Assembly (NCBI GenBank): GCA_964016885.1
Contig: OZ024744.1
Coordinates: 54,746,001-54,810,000 of the forward strand
Source of the DNA: Eledone cirrhosa
Lineage: Eukaryota
DNA: 64,000 nucleotides
Direction of reading: 5' to 3'
The position numbers and the translations under genes were made by a program. The notes under the pieces were generated by a model. The model was not told the origin of the DNA. It saw only the letters and a program-made list of their open reading frames with translations, and searched no databases. Shown one piece after another: positions 24,477-38,140 of this stretch. Numbering within the stretch: the stretch's first letter is position 1; every line of letters starts with the position of its first letter.

Positions 24477-25883
24477 ATCTGTCTATCTATCTGTGTGTGT
24501 GTCTGTCTGTTTGTCTGTGTGTGTCTGTCTGTTTGTCTGTCTGTGTGTGTGTATGTGGCTATCTGTCTGTCTGTGTGTGTGTCTGTCTGTGTGTGTGTAT
24601 GTGTGTGTGTCTGTCTGTGTGTGTGTATGTGACTGTCTGTATGTCTGTCTGTGTGTATCTGTCTGTCTATCTGTGTGTCTGTATGTCTGTTTGTCTGTGT
24701 GTGTGTGTGTGTGTACGTGTGTGTCTGTCTGTGTGTGTGTGTCTGTCATTTCTGTATGTGTGTATGTGTCTGTCTGTGTGTGTATCTGTCTGTGTGTGTG
24801 TGTGTGTGTATGTTTCTGTCTGTCTGTCTGTGTGTGTATGTGTGTGTGTCTGTCTGTCTGTCTGTCTGTGTATGTGTCTGTCTGTCTGTCTGCCTGTCTG
24901 TGTCTTTGTGTGTGTATGTGTGTGTGTGTGTGCATGTATGTGTGTGTATGTCTGTGTGTGTGCATGTCTGTATGTGTAAGTCTGTGTGTGTGCATGTATG
25001 TGTGTGTGTGTGTGTGTGTGTGTTCATGTGACTTTATGTGTGTGTGACTGAATATATGTCTGTGTGTATATATGTACAGCTATAAACGTGTAAGTGTGTG
25101 TATGTATGCAACTGTAAATGAGTATATGTGTATGTGATTATATATTTGTGTGTGTGCAAATGAAAAACATATAACTGAGTGTGTGTGTTTGATTGTGTGT
25201 ATACAACCATATAGGTGAATGTATTCGACAAAGTATATGTGACTATGTATGTGTGACTGTATATGCATTGGTGTATGTATGTATGTATGTAAATATGTAT
25301 GTATGTAAGTATGTATGTGTGTATGCATGTATGTATGTAAGTATGTATGCATGTGTGTATGCATGTATGTATGTATGTATGTGTGTGTGTATGTATGTAT
25401 GTGCGTATGTATGTATGTGTGTATGTATGTACGTATGTATATATGTATGTCTAGAAGGAAAACTCTGATATAACACCTGCAACCCTGATGGTATCCAATG
25501 ATGTTGACTTGTTCTTCTTTTTGGTAAATATCATCTTGGTTAAGAGAGTGGGACTGGCTTTGTGCAGCGCCTTTGCTCACTATAAAAGCTTCACGGCTCA
25601 GGCATTGCTTTATATCTGGAGATCTCTCTGCACTTGTCATCACAGGATACAATGGGCCCAGCACTGTGTCAATAATTGTCACAAGTGTAGTGTTTGTACC
25701 AGAGTTTTCTAGTCGCTGGCTGGACTAAAAAGTCACACTCGTTCAGCGCATCGGTAGGGGTTCTCCTACATGGATATAAAGTAGTGGCCGTACTCGAAAA
25801 CGAGTTGGCAGCCACCATATATGTATGTATGTATGTATGCATGTATGTGTAAATGTATGTATAAATTTATGTATGCATGCACG

Positions 25884-25922
<39 letters not shown>

Positions 25923-26240
25923 AGGTATGTATGTATGTATGTATATATATGTATGCGTGTGGTGTGTGTGTGTGTATGTATATATAAATGTATGTATGTA
26001 TATATGTATGTATGTAAATATGTAAATATGTATATATATGTAAGTATGTAAGTATGTAAGTATGTATGTATGCATGTATGCATGCATGTATGTATGTGTA
26101 TGCAACTGTATGTATGTATATATGTATATATGTATATATGTATGATGTATGTGCGTAAGTATGTATGTATGTGTGTATGTATAATGTATGTGTATAAGTA
26201 TGTATGTGTATGCAACTGTATATATGTATGTGTGTGTTCT
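24367..26240. repeat. Long compound (TG)/(TGTC)/(TATG) microsatellite field, interrupted by a unique insert at about 25450-25817
   Basis: Direct inspection. Confidence 0.95.
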
Positions 26241-27147
26241 TAATAAATGTTCCCTCATTAATTATTAATGTATTGGTGTGAATCCTTTTGCCCCCAATAA
26301 CACAGACAATGTGTTATTGGGCTACAAGAAAGGATGAACTAAGACGAGCAAAATAAACTGATTGACCTCAATTATGTCTACCTTAACTCTTGACATCCTG
26401 TAATGATTTAGCAGAAAATATCTAAAAACAGGTTTATTATTTCAAATGTTTATAATATCCTTACTGATGGATAGATTGTTGTGGAAATTTGCTGCAGGTA
26501 AAAATAGGCGACGAATTGGCAGAATTGTTAGAATGTCAGATAGAATGCTTTACAGTATTCAGTCCAGCTCTCTGCTCTCTGAGTTCAAATCCAGCCAAAG
26601 TCAACTTTATATAAAAAAAAGTACCAGTCTAGTACTGGGGTCAATTCTTCTATATCTCTTCCTCATTTCCTCTCTCTCACTTTCTATCTTTCACTGGAAG
26701 AAATCTGCTGTACTCAGACCTGGAGAGGGATAGGCTCCGCCTGGCTTAAAATACTCAAGTAACGCCGTATGTCAATACGATGCTCCTACGATTCTCCTAG
26801 GAGCTTTGGAACCATACCATATCATTAGGGTAAAGACTTTGGTTCTTAATGTGGTGCAGTCATAGTATACTATTTTATATATTTCAAGAATTTCTAGCTA
26901 CTATAGTTTCATGGCGTACGAGATGTTAAAAGTTAATTCAAATATGTATTATATTTTTACTATTGAACAGATCATTGTGAAAATTTGCAGTATCAGAGTA
27001 AAGATTTTAGTTTTTAATGTGCTTCACTCATAATACTATTTTGTACTTTTCAACAATCTTGTTAATGTGATTTCATGCGGAACATGATGTTATAAATATT
27101 TTGTATCTCCAAGGAAATACGGTTTTAGGAAACCATAGCTATGCAAA

Positions 27148-27180
<33 letters not shown>

Positions 27181-27181
27181 C

Positions 27182-27452
27182 TAACGCCCGCTGGTGATGT
27201 CCAGCAGAAGCAAGGGGGACAACCGTCTATGCATTTCAGGCTTAACTGGCCTTCGTCAGGACGGTCCCTCTTGATATGCAAATGAGATTAATCACCTCAT
27301 TTACACAGACGAGAAATGTATATATTCTCGCCTGTCTTCTAGTCCAGCAGTCGCAAGTGGTGGGAGGGACCGTCCTGACGAAGGCCAGTTAAGCCTGAAA
27401 TGCATAGACGGTTGTCCCCCTTGCTTCTGCTGGACATCACCAGAGGGCGTTA
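27182..27452. repeat. 89-bp inverted repeat (27182-27270 / 27364-27452), probable inverted Penelope pseudo-LTR
   Basis: Arms are reverse complements with one mismatch seen; 93-bp spacer; each arm contains a hammerhead motif. Confidence 0.9.
27369..27412 (+). ncRNA. Minimal type I hammerhead ribozyme motif (mirror copy on minus strand at about 27222-27265)
   Basis: ACCGTC-CTGACGA-AGGC-cagttaa-GCCT-GAAA-TGCA-TA-GACGGT: stem I, intact core, stem II and palindromic stem III (ATGCAT). Confidence 0.85.
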
Positions 27453-28254
27453 CTATTACCATTTTAATGAAGTCATCACCACCACCATCATCATCATCAT
27501 CATCATGTAATGTATGCTTTCCCTGCTAGCCAGGGTTGAACGGGTCATCAGCAAACCAAGTTGGCACTTGAAATGGTGGCAGACTATACTTTATTTATGT
27601 TTCTACACCCTACTTAGTGCTCAGATGCGCTAGTGGCCTGCAACATGTGCACATACAATCCTGCACACTTCCAAGTGAATTTTATCATCACACTGATACT
27701 AGGCAAATCGTTATATCCTTGACATAACTGAAGTATTTCTCTTGACCCTTTCTTTTGTGAAATTGTTATGACTGGTTGCCCTTCATATCTCCAACTACTT
27801 TACATTGGGTGTATTTATCATGTAATCACCAATCCTATGGAGATTAGTTAAAGAATCCTTGCAACCCTTTGGGAGGGGGGGGGGGGGGGGGCTGCAGGTT
27901 TTCTACAGCCTGGTGCCCTTCCTATTATCAACTGCTTTACAGAGTATACTGAGTGAATTCAACATGTAGTTCACCAACACTAGACACAACAGGAGATTCT
28001 TTTTGTCTCGCCTTGGTGCAGTTTCTACAGTGGGATGGCTCTCCAGTTACCAACCACCCTACAGGGCACATCTCTCATGACACCAGTACTGGGTGTGGGT
28101 GTTCGGATTAATTAATGGGGTGGTAGGGATGTAGTGATGCTGAGAATAAGTATTAAGGAATTATAGTGGAAAGGGGCTGAATAGGACATCCAATGATGTT
28201 GGGAATTGCTACTAAGGACAGTGGAAAGGGAGGAGTGTGGTCAGTATGGGGGGT

Positions 28255-29230
28255 CTTCACTAGACCAGCATGTTACCAATCTTCATAGTCTTTTGTCACC
28301 TCTGTTGTGAGGCTCAGATTCTTAAAGACAGCCCTCACTATCTCAACCCAAGTCTTCCTTGGTTGGCTTCTTCCACGAGTCCCATCCAATGATATTTCTC
28401 TGAATTTCATTATACAGCTGACACCTTCCATACACATCACATGTCTATACCAACACAGTCTTCTCTCTTCCACATTACAACCAATTTCTATTATGCCAAG
28501 TTTTTCTCTCAACTCACTTATGTTACTTTGTTGATACACACTAACATTACACATTCATTGGAGTATACTCGCTTCATTTCTTTCTAGCCTTCACAGCTCC
28601 TTTGCAGTCAAGGCCGTGTCTCAATGCCTTGTAGCATTCATTGACCTGGAGAAGACCTTTGGCACACTGCCATGCTCTGCAATTTGATGGCCACTAAGAA
28701 AGTTAGGATAGAGGAATACAATATCTTGTGAGAGCTGTACCAGCTATGTATAGAGGTACATCCAGCAAGATAAGAGTCAGTAATGAGTTAAGTATCTAGA
28801 TGGGAGTCCACCAAGTCTCAGTCCTCAGTGCTCTTCTATTCATTATAGACCCCCTGGGCCAAAACTGAGGAGTTAAATATTGGTTGTCTGGGGGAGCTTC
28901 TGTATGGTCATGATCTAGCCCTCATAACCAAAACAATAAAAACACAGAAGCAAAATCTTTCCAAGCTTTTCTCTTAGTTTTTATGGCCCTGTCAACAATA
29001 CTGTTCCATCACTACATCACTCTCTCACTCTTGGTTGGTACCTTACCTCAACCACAGACCTCATCAGTAGCTTTCAGGAAGTTGTTACAAAGGAATTTCC
29101 AGTTTTTCTCTACATTATAGGACTCTATCTAATCATCTTGTTAAACCTAGAGTTTCAGCTAGACTGTCTCTAAAACTAAGAGTGTTTGTTAGATCTCTAA
29201 GTTTCTATATTCTTCTTCTTCTGACTGTCT
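28255..29230. mobile_element. Old rearranged RTE fragments (minus 28255-28635, plus 28640-28940, minus beyond)
   Basis: Minus ORF 28273-28554 ELREKLGI..ERRLCWYRHVM..PRKTW; plus-strand decayed FIDLEKTF..LRKLGIEE..GVHQ.SVLS. Confidence 0.7.
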
Positions 29231-29439
29231 TAAGTTTGTTTATTGCATCAAGCTCTTATCTTAAAGTCTCTAATTACCAGTCTATGCTGGTTGGTGCATT
29301 CTTCACCAGGAAGGGCCTTGGCATTTGTCCCCAACTGTCTATATCATTTTCTGGTGAAGAGAAAGTCAATTTGGCTGGAGTGTCCACATGACATTATAAT
29401 TTTAGTAAATACTCCCCATTAATTAAGCTCCAATACTAA

Positions 29440-29670
29440 GGGCATGTGGTTAGAATGTCTCAGGAAAGAATGGATTTTACAGGCAAAACCAACCAGTAAG
29501 AGATCCAGGGGTAGACCCCTAGCAAGATGGTTGGATAACATCCATGAGATTGGCTGGTCATGCTTAGGAATCCAGCCAGATCAGTTGGAGATGGTTGCTT
29601 CTGACAGGATCCACCGGATGGAGAGTTTGAGGACTTTGCCAACCCGACCCTTTCAGGAATAAGTGGGTGA
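29440..29670 (+). mobile_element. RTE (Expander-like) 3' fragment
   Basis: AKPTSKRSRGRPLARWLDNIHEIGWSCLGI..LPTRP; sister copy at 34385-34617. Confidence 0.7.
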
Positions 29671-29772
29671 AGAAGTATTTCATTATAAATATTGTAATGG
29701 CTATGGTAACTAGTAAGGAATCTGGCTGCTATTTCAAACATGTAGAGGCCATATCATTGGCTTAATACAACT

Positions 29773-29915
29773 AATAATTGTTTTTACTTTTTGGCACAAG
29801 TCCAGCAATTACCCAGTGTATTACTGGTACTTTATTTTATCGACCCCGTAAGGATGAAAGGCAAAGTTAACCTCGGTGGGATTCAAACTCAGAATGGCAA
29901 GGGCTGATACTGCCA
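29773..29915 (-). mobile_element. SINE family 2 fragment
   Basis: CTGGTACTTTATTTTATCGACCCCGTAAGGATGAAAGGCAAAGTT. Confidence 0.8.
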
Positions 29916-30245
29916 ATAACTAATAATGTAGATTGACTGTGCTACTGGAGAATAATATCTGAAGCCACCATATATGATAGAAAATATAGCCTGCACGGTA
30001 AGAAGGCCACCATTGTGTTTCACTGTAGATCCCACCTAACCCCACACATGACTTCTGGTTTTATGGATATGAATGGAGGAGAGATGGGAGATAGAAGGGG
30101 GGGGGGGACAGAGAGAGGAGAATAAAGAAAGGAAAGGTGGGTAGAGGGGGGGTAGATGATGGGGAGTAAGGAGAAAAAGGTTGTGGTGGAGGTGAAGTAA
30201 AGAGAGGAGGAAGGTGAAGAGAGATAGAGGGACAGACATACAGTC

Positions 30246-30293
<48 letters not shown>

Positions 30294-30776
30294 AGAGCAG
30301 AGAAAGGAAGAAAGTGGAGAGGGAGATGAGAATGGAAGAGTGAAGTGTTGTGTAGGGGAAGGAAGGAGAAGGAAGAAGGGAAGAAGAAGTGAAGGACAAT
30401 GGAAGGAGGACAGTAAAGAGATGGGGCAAGAGAGCAGTGGGAGGTGTGGAAAGACCAAAGGTTGGGGTAAGGGAGTACGGATATGGGTAGTTTGTACTAT
30501 TATAGAGGACTGTGTCAAGTGGCGAAGTGATAGGAGTATAAGTATACAGGAACACATACATACAGACAACATATACACATGTGCCTGCACACATACACAC
30601 ACACATACACACATAAACGCACACATATTCACAAGGTACACACCATGTACACTCACACATCCACTCATACACATACACACATACATGCATAACCACCATC
30701 ACCATCACCCCACTAGCATCACCACCATTACCACCTTACCATCTCCCCCAACATCACAAATCTCTCTCTATATATT

Positions 30777-30809
<33 letters not shown>

Positions 30810-30918
30810 ATGTATGTTTGTGTGTTTGTGTGTATATGTAATCCCCCCCCCCTCGAGTGGTGTCGGGGTAGGGGCGGAACCACAGTTAAAAAAGATACTC
30901 AATATGTTGGTAGAGTAT

Positions 30919-31492
30919 TCATCATCATCACCATCGTTTAACATCTATCTTCCATGCTAACAAGGGTTAGACGGGAATTGTCCCACTTGAGACAAGATTG
31001 GTCAGGTGACCGTGTCTCACTCGTATAGAACTGTTTCTGGCAGGTTTTCTATGGCTGGATGCCCTTCCTAACACCAACCACATTTACAGTGTGGACTGGG
31101 AGCCTTTTTACAGTGTTTCCTACAAAGCCACATTACAGCGTGGTCTGTGTGTTTTTTTTGTTGTGACACCTACACAACCTCTTTAGATTGGACTGGATGT
31201 TGTGGTACCAACATAACTTTAAAGAGAAAGGGTGGTGTTGGCGGGAGTGGGAGGATGGAGTAGGGGTAGTGGGTTGGGGTGTATATTTGGTTAAGAGGTA
31301 CCTTCTGACTCTAGCTTTAACTTTGTATATAGGGAAGGTGGGTCTTCTGTATTACTGCGTAGCGGCAAAGGTCTCAATCCAGTGACATTGTCTTAGAGGA
31401 GTGTAAGTGTGCAAGGCTGGATTTTATCATGTCGTTCCAGGTTTTGCTGGGTCTACCTACTCCATAACTTCCATCAATTTTGATCGCCCCGA
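30919..31492 (-). mobile_element. RTE family A 3' end with full 3'UTR
   Basis: Reverse complement of about 2715-3400, with a single UTR unit and (ATC)n tail. Confidence 0.88.
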
Positions 31493-31515
31493 TCAAATTA
31501 TATACAGCAATGACT

Positions 31516-31603
31516 TCTACAGGACTAGAACTGTTTCATTCCTATGAAATCATCAGAAATGTCCTGATGATTTCAAATGAATGAAACAGTTCTAGTCCTG
31601 TAG
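31516..31603. repeat. Fold-back palindrome with CTGATGA...GAAA (hammerhead-like) in both arms
   Basis: TCTACAGGACTAGAACTGTTTCATTC..GAAATCATCAG / CTGATGATTTC..GAATGAAACAGTTCTAGTCCTGTAGA. Confidence 0.8.
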
Positions 31604-31865
31604 ACATAGGCATGCTACAGATAAATGTATTGTCTATAATACCCTGAAACATCTGTAACTCCTGACAACTGATGAAGGGAAAATGTCTATCTCTTGTTTG
31701 TGTTCCCTTTACTTTCTAACACTCGTTATCAGTAACCACATGGCATTATCCCTCTCAATCCATATATATATATATCTATATTTGTATATATCTATATATA
31801 TATATATATAAATATATATAATATGGAAAACGAAGAATCAGTGATGCATCGGAACACAATTTATT

Positions 31866-31958
31866 ACGTATTACAATTGTTTCTCCGGCAAACAGCTCGA
31901 GGTGGGATCTACTTGTGGATCAAAACTGACTCTGGATTCACAAGTTCCTCAGATACGT
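31866..31958 (-). ncRNA. Hammerhead-like motif in a solo Penelope-like pseudo-LTR (about 31824-32270)
   Basis: Minus strand ACGTAT-CTGAGGA-[ACTTGTGAATC..GATCCACAAGT + 27 nt]-GAAA-CAATTG-TA-ATACGT, immediately followed by AATAAA. Confidence 0.65.
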
Positions 31959-32650
31959 CTAGCGACTTCGAAGCAAATCCTATGTCTGTTGCACTCCGAC
32001 CCTTTCATCTGCCATCATCCTGTATGCACGGCCCATCAATTAGTCAAGAGTTCGAGACATCTGTATGTTTGACCATTCAAAACTGCCCACTGACCATTTC
32101 CATTCAGGCGTGAGCTGACACTTGCCTTAATTCTGTCGCCAGAATTACTGCTACATTGGCGAGGGGTTCTGATCTGCCTTGCCTAGCTTGCCCACAGCCC
32201 GACACGCACACACCCACACACAGACATTTCGAGCTCCTGATCACATCACACACTTATCTGTGCGGTCATGCACACACACACACACCCGCGTACGCTCATG
32301 CGTGTGCGTACACATGTACACATGCATATATTCACAATCTCATATATAGGTACATGCGTACACATACACGGACCCACACATATACATATCTATATGTATA
32401 TATACACACATGTATATATACACATATATACACACTTATATATACATACACACATACATACACATACATATACCTGCTCGTATGCAGGCACACAACCAAG
32501 CCTACTCATATATATTTATATATATATCTATACACACACACATACATATATGCACCCATATGTATGCATGTACACACACACGGACATAGGCACACGCGCA
32601 CACACATATAAATACAGACACAATTGTGCATGTGTATACACATAAATATA

Positions 32651-34120
32651 TCATCATCATCATCATCATCATCACTGTTTAACATCCATGTTCCACACTA
32701 GCATGGGTAAGACGTGCAGTCCTGTTGTGAGATAACTCAGATCAGGTGACCATGTCATGCTCACACAGAACTGATTCTGGCTTGATTTCTACAGCTGGAT
32801 GCCCTTCCTAATGTCAACCACTTTTACAAAGCGTACTAGGTGCTTTTTGTCATGATTTCTACATGACCACTTTACAGCGTGGCTTGAGAACTTGGGAGGG
32901 GGGAGATGCATGGGAAATTGGGAAGGTATATATATAGGGGTGGGGTCATAACAGCAAGGAAGGTGTATAGGAGGAGTGATGACAGTGAAGGTGGAGCATA
33001 TGGGAGGGCAGGTCTTCTGTATTACTGCATAACACCAGAGATCTCGGTCCTGTGTCATCACCTTTGAGAGGTGCAATTGTGCAAGGTCAAATTTTATCAC
33101 CTCATCCCAAGTCTTCCTAAGCCTGCCCAATCCATAGCTTCTATTAACTTTGAGCACTCTGCACCTTTTTATACAGTTGTCATCCTCACATCACCTATTC
33201 ATACCAATACAATCTCTTCTCCTGCACACTGCATCTGATCCTTCTTATGCCTAATTTCTCTCACATGGAAGCTTCATTTCTTTCCAATCTTTGCAGGTCC
33301 TCTACACACAGTGCCCAAGTCACACTACCATGTAACATTGCTGTTCATATGCAAGCATCATACAGTTTGCCTTTCATTTTGAGGGGAAAACCTTTTGTAG
33401 TTAGCAGCAGTAGTAACTCCTTGAACTTTCTCCAACCCGTTCTCACTCTGGCTACTGTGCTTTCAGAACACCTTCCTCCACTGCTAATTTGGTCACTCAG
33501 GTTACAGAAACTATCTACCACTTCTACAGAACCCTCTGGCAATTTGAAGGGGTTTGTATCCGATAGCTCTTGCTGCTCACTGCCCATGTACACCAGCCAC
33601 ATGTAAAACCTATGTTCTTTGATAGCCTGCCCAAGACCCCACTACATCTCTTGTGTACCCATAGTTTGCATTTGAGACATAGGATGGAATTTTTACCTAC
33701 TCCTTTTCTGCACACTGAATAAGGCCATTTCCCTGAGGAGATCTGGGCCCTGTTTTCCTTTCTACTTACTAGAACTTTAGTCTTTGCCAAGTTGACTTTA
33801 TGACCCTTTGATTCTAAGCCATGCTTCCAGGTTTGGAATTTCTCTAAATCTGCCATAGATTCAGCTATGAGAGTTAGATCATTAGTATCCAGAAGTTTCC
33901 ATGGGTAGCCAGTCTTCAACTCCTCCATTATAGCCTGCAGGACAATAATTGACTGGAAACAGCTAAGAACTGAGCCCTGACAGCTAAGAACTGAGCCCTG
34001 CATGCCACATTCTTCACTATAGTCATTGTTAATTCTGACCTTGCTAACTGTTCCTCTATACATGACTTGTACTGCTCTCACAAGCCACTTGTCTACTCGT
34101 AGTTTTGTAAGAGCCACCAC
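32651..34120 (-). mobile_element. RTE family A-related degenerate copy (RT, PHD insert, 3'UTR, tail)
   Basis: ORFs 33524-34213, 33345-33602 and 32789-33157: GKWPYSVCRKGVGKNSILCLKCKLWVHKRCSG, VEVVDSFC, GRLRKTW. Confidence 0.9.
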
Positions 34121-34384
34121 ATAATGAAACATATACATATATATATAAACAGAATATTGGTATACAAAGAGAATTTCTTCTGTACATCTATTTGTTGACC
34201 AATAACCCCTCAATGCAATAGCACTAAAAATTTCCTAAACAGAGGGAACACATATTGATATCGTTATTGGTACAGTAAACAGACATCTTATAAATAAAAC
34301 ATGAAGAGTATATAACTAGTTAAAAGAGCAGAATATCAAAAACTTAATATTAGCAATAATATATCAAATCTGAACGAATCACTG

Positions 34385-34617
34385 AACAGATTTTACAGTA
34401 AAACCAACTGGTAGAAGACACTGGGGTAGACCCAAGCAAGATGGTTGGATAACATCCATGAGCTTGCCTGGTCACGCTTAGGAATCCAGCTGAATCAGTT
34501 GGAGACAGTTACTTCTGACAGGATGTGCTGGAATGAGTGTTTGAGGACTCTGCTCCCACGACCCTATCAAGAAGAAGAAGAAGAAGAAGAAGAAGAAGAA
34601 GAAGAAGAAGAAGAAGA
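34385..34617 (+). mobile_element. RTE (Expander-like) 3' fragment with (GAA)n tail
   Basis: RWLDNIHELAWSRLGIQ..LLPRPYQ followed by (GAA)n. Confidence 0.72.
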
Positions 34618-34857
34618 GGGGGAGGGAAATATATCAAATATTTAAACAGCCACCCACCCCTGCCCCCATCACCACCATGGATATAAGTCATCATCACCAA
34701 CAATCCTCCTCCATTTATCCTGGTCCGGGATCTTCTTGTCATGTGGCCAGGAGTTCCTTGTCCTTCCTCTTCTCCTCCGTTTTCCTATTTATCTCCAAGA
34801 AAAAAGAAACACACCTTCCTGTTTTGTGGAAGGAAAAAACATACCAAATACATATTG

Positions 34858-34952
<95 letters not shown>

Positions 34953-35065
34953 TGCACCCCCGCCCCTTTACATCTGCATTGTTGTCAACATTTATGTCAA
35001 GGAGATTTGATTTCCTAAAAAAAAGTAACAATACTTCTGTCTCCATCCAGTAAAGCCTTGCTTAA

Positions 35066-35345
35066 CCCTTTAACATTTTCATTACTCTATATTTACAGCC
35101 AGTTTGAACAGAAAGAGATTAGAGAATCCTGGCTGGATATGGCCGCTTTAACCCTTTAACATTTACATTACTCTACATTTACTATTGTATTTGCTATTAT
35201 ATTTTCATGGTAAAGGCTTTACCTCACATGATATCGAAACTATGAGATTTTGCTATTATATATTTTGAGAACAATATCTTAACATCAGTATGAGTGGCCA
35301 GTTACAGCCAGTCTGAATAGAAAGAGGTGAGAGAATACTGAGAGA
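35066..35345. mobile_element. Two TTAA MITE copies; the second starts at the TTAA in the right end of the first (35148-35151)
   Basis: TTAACCCTTTAACATT at 35062 and 35148. Confidence 0.75.
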
Positions 35346-35614
35346 CATCCAGGTCCCTAACAGCTTCTTCTTCTTCTTCTTCTTCTTCTTCTTCTTCTTC
35401 TTCTTCTTCTTTACACGGTATGCCTCATATTTGGGAAAATAACTACCTCTGGTCGTGGGGCTACCCCATGCCGCCATTGTTGGGCAGCCAATGTGCCCAG
35501 TGGTGTGTCGTGTGGACCCAAACAAACTAAGTAAAGGACATCTGTGTTAATTAACACTCCCTGTCCAGCTATGAAGAATTTATTGTTTCTTTGTATGGGA
35601 TATATAACACATTG

Positions 35615-36805
<1,191 letters not shown>

Positions 36806-36894
36806 TGTAAAAAAGACATGGCATCCAATACAGACGTTTTCTCTTCTGCCAAGTCTTCTCTTATCATCTGTTTACCCAGGCGAAGCTGGATACC

Positions 36895-38140
36895 TCAGTT
36901 AGTTCTATAATAAATGGATTTTATTACAATACAAAATATCCAGTAGTAAAAGAAAAAAACTGTACAATCTTGGTTGTCCATTGTAAACGATGATGACATC
37001 TTCTTGATCGCCGCAGGGCTTTGGGGGTGCACGCTAAAGAAGAAACCTGTGCGGGAAAGGCTTATAGTGGGAGGGCCAGCGGACAGTGACGGTCCCACTC
37101 ACTCGGCCGCAGGAGCCAGAATCCGGTGGTACGGAGGACCGTCACGACCAGGGACTTCCTTGGCTGCAGTGGATGGCCACGACGTCTGTAGTGCCCTGCC
37201 GTGCCCTAGCACTCCACAACGCTTGCTGTCATCGCCTTGGTGACCGTTGGGACGATGTTGTCCTCCTCCACTCCGCCGGGTCCAGTCTTCGCATGTATGG
37301 GCAGGCATCCCCTATCTAACTCACCAGGGTGTTCCAGACCCGTCCGGCTACCCTCAACCTGATTCGGCCAGCCAGCCAAGGCGGTTTACCGGGGTGTGGC
37401 CGCTGCCGCATGCTACAGCTTCTTGGGGCCACAGGTGAGAGCTGAGTTTCAGGTGGGACCCAATGCAGGACGAGCTGTCCTGAAAAGGGCATAGCTAGCC
37501 CCCTCCCCCGCCCTTACAGAGGTACATGCCCCTTTCTGACACCCCAGGCATATACATACACATAATATGCACATGTGTATATACATATTTACACATTTTT
37601 GGATGGCCGTTGACTCTTATCAGTTCTTCCGCCCTTTGTCAGGTTTTGTTTTTTGTCCTGCAGGGTGTCCAAAGTCACCCTCCTCACCATGTAAACTTGG
37701 TGGGGTTGTCAGTTTAGTCACCGACGACCCGACCATGCGACAGGTTGTACTGGTTTACATGTTACCAGTAGCACTCAAGAGTGACCTGACAATATACATG
37801 GTCAAACATACAGAAAGGACTATAAATGCCATAAATGAGAGGAACGCGGGGCAAGCAGACAATTAGGTAACTGAAGAAAGAAAGGGGGAAGGGATATGGG
37901 TGACAGACATGACACCTAGAACAGAGCAGTGTTTTTGCCCTGCAGGCAAAACGGCAAAGACATTTCTGTGGACAATGGCCAGTGACACCCACTGCAACAG
38001 CCACCCCACCTCGCAAGACTCATTCTTCAGACAGGCTGAGGTCAGTTTCTAGGTTTTGGAAGCATCCGGGGTGGCTGGTCTGTATCTTTTTTAATATTTT
38101 ATTTTTGTTCAAGATATTATCATTTTGGTACTGAATAAAC
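36895..38140. mobile_element. Two divergently oriented GC-rich remnants resembling L1/Tx1 ORF1 (RRM-like strand + decayed CCHC knuckle)
   Basis: Minus: LVLHWVPPETQ..KRCGVLGH..AATAAA. Plus: QVVLVYMLP..frameshifted CF.CRQ..HFCGQWP..AATAAA. Confidence 0.35.

Noticed and set aside
24304-26258. Numerous Cys/Val-, His/Thr- and Tyr/Ile-rich ORFs (also 9118-9716, 15884-16630, 22104-22525, 30036-30960, 32156-32645, 34677-36902)
   Set aside because: Translations of di-, tri- and tetranucleotide microsatellites.
27152-27180. Long G homopolymers (also 5058-5074, 23390-23403, 27876-27891) as G-quadruplex regulatory elements
   Set aside because: Simple homopolymers of uncertain length; nothing supports function.
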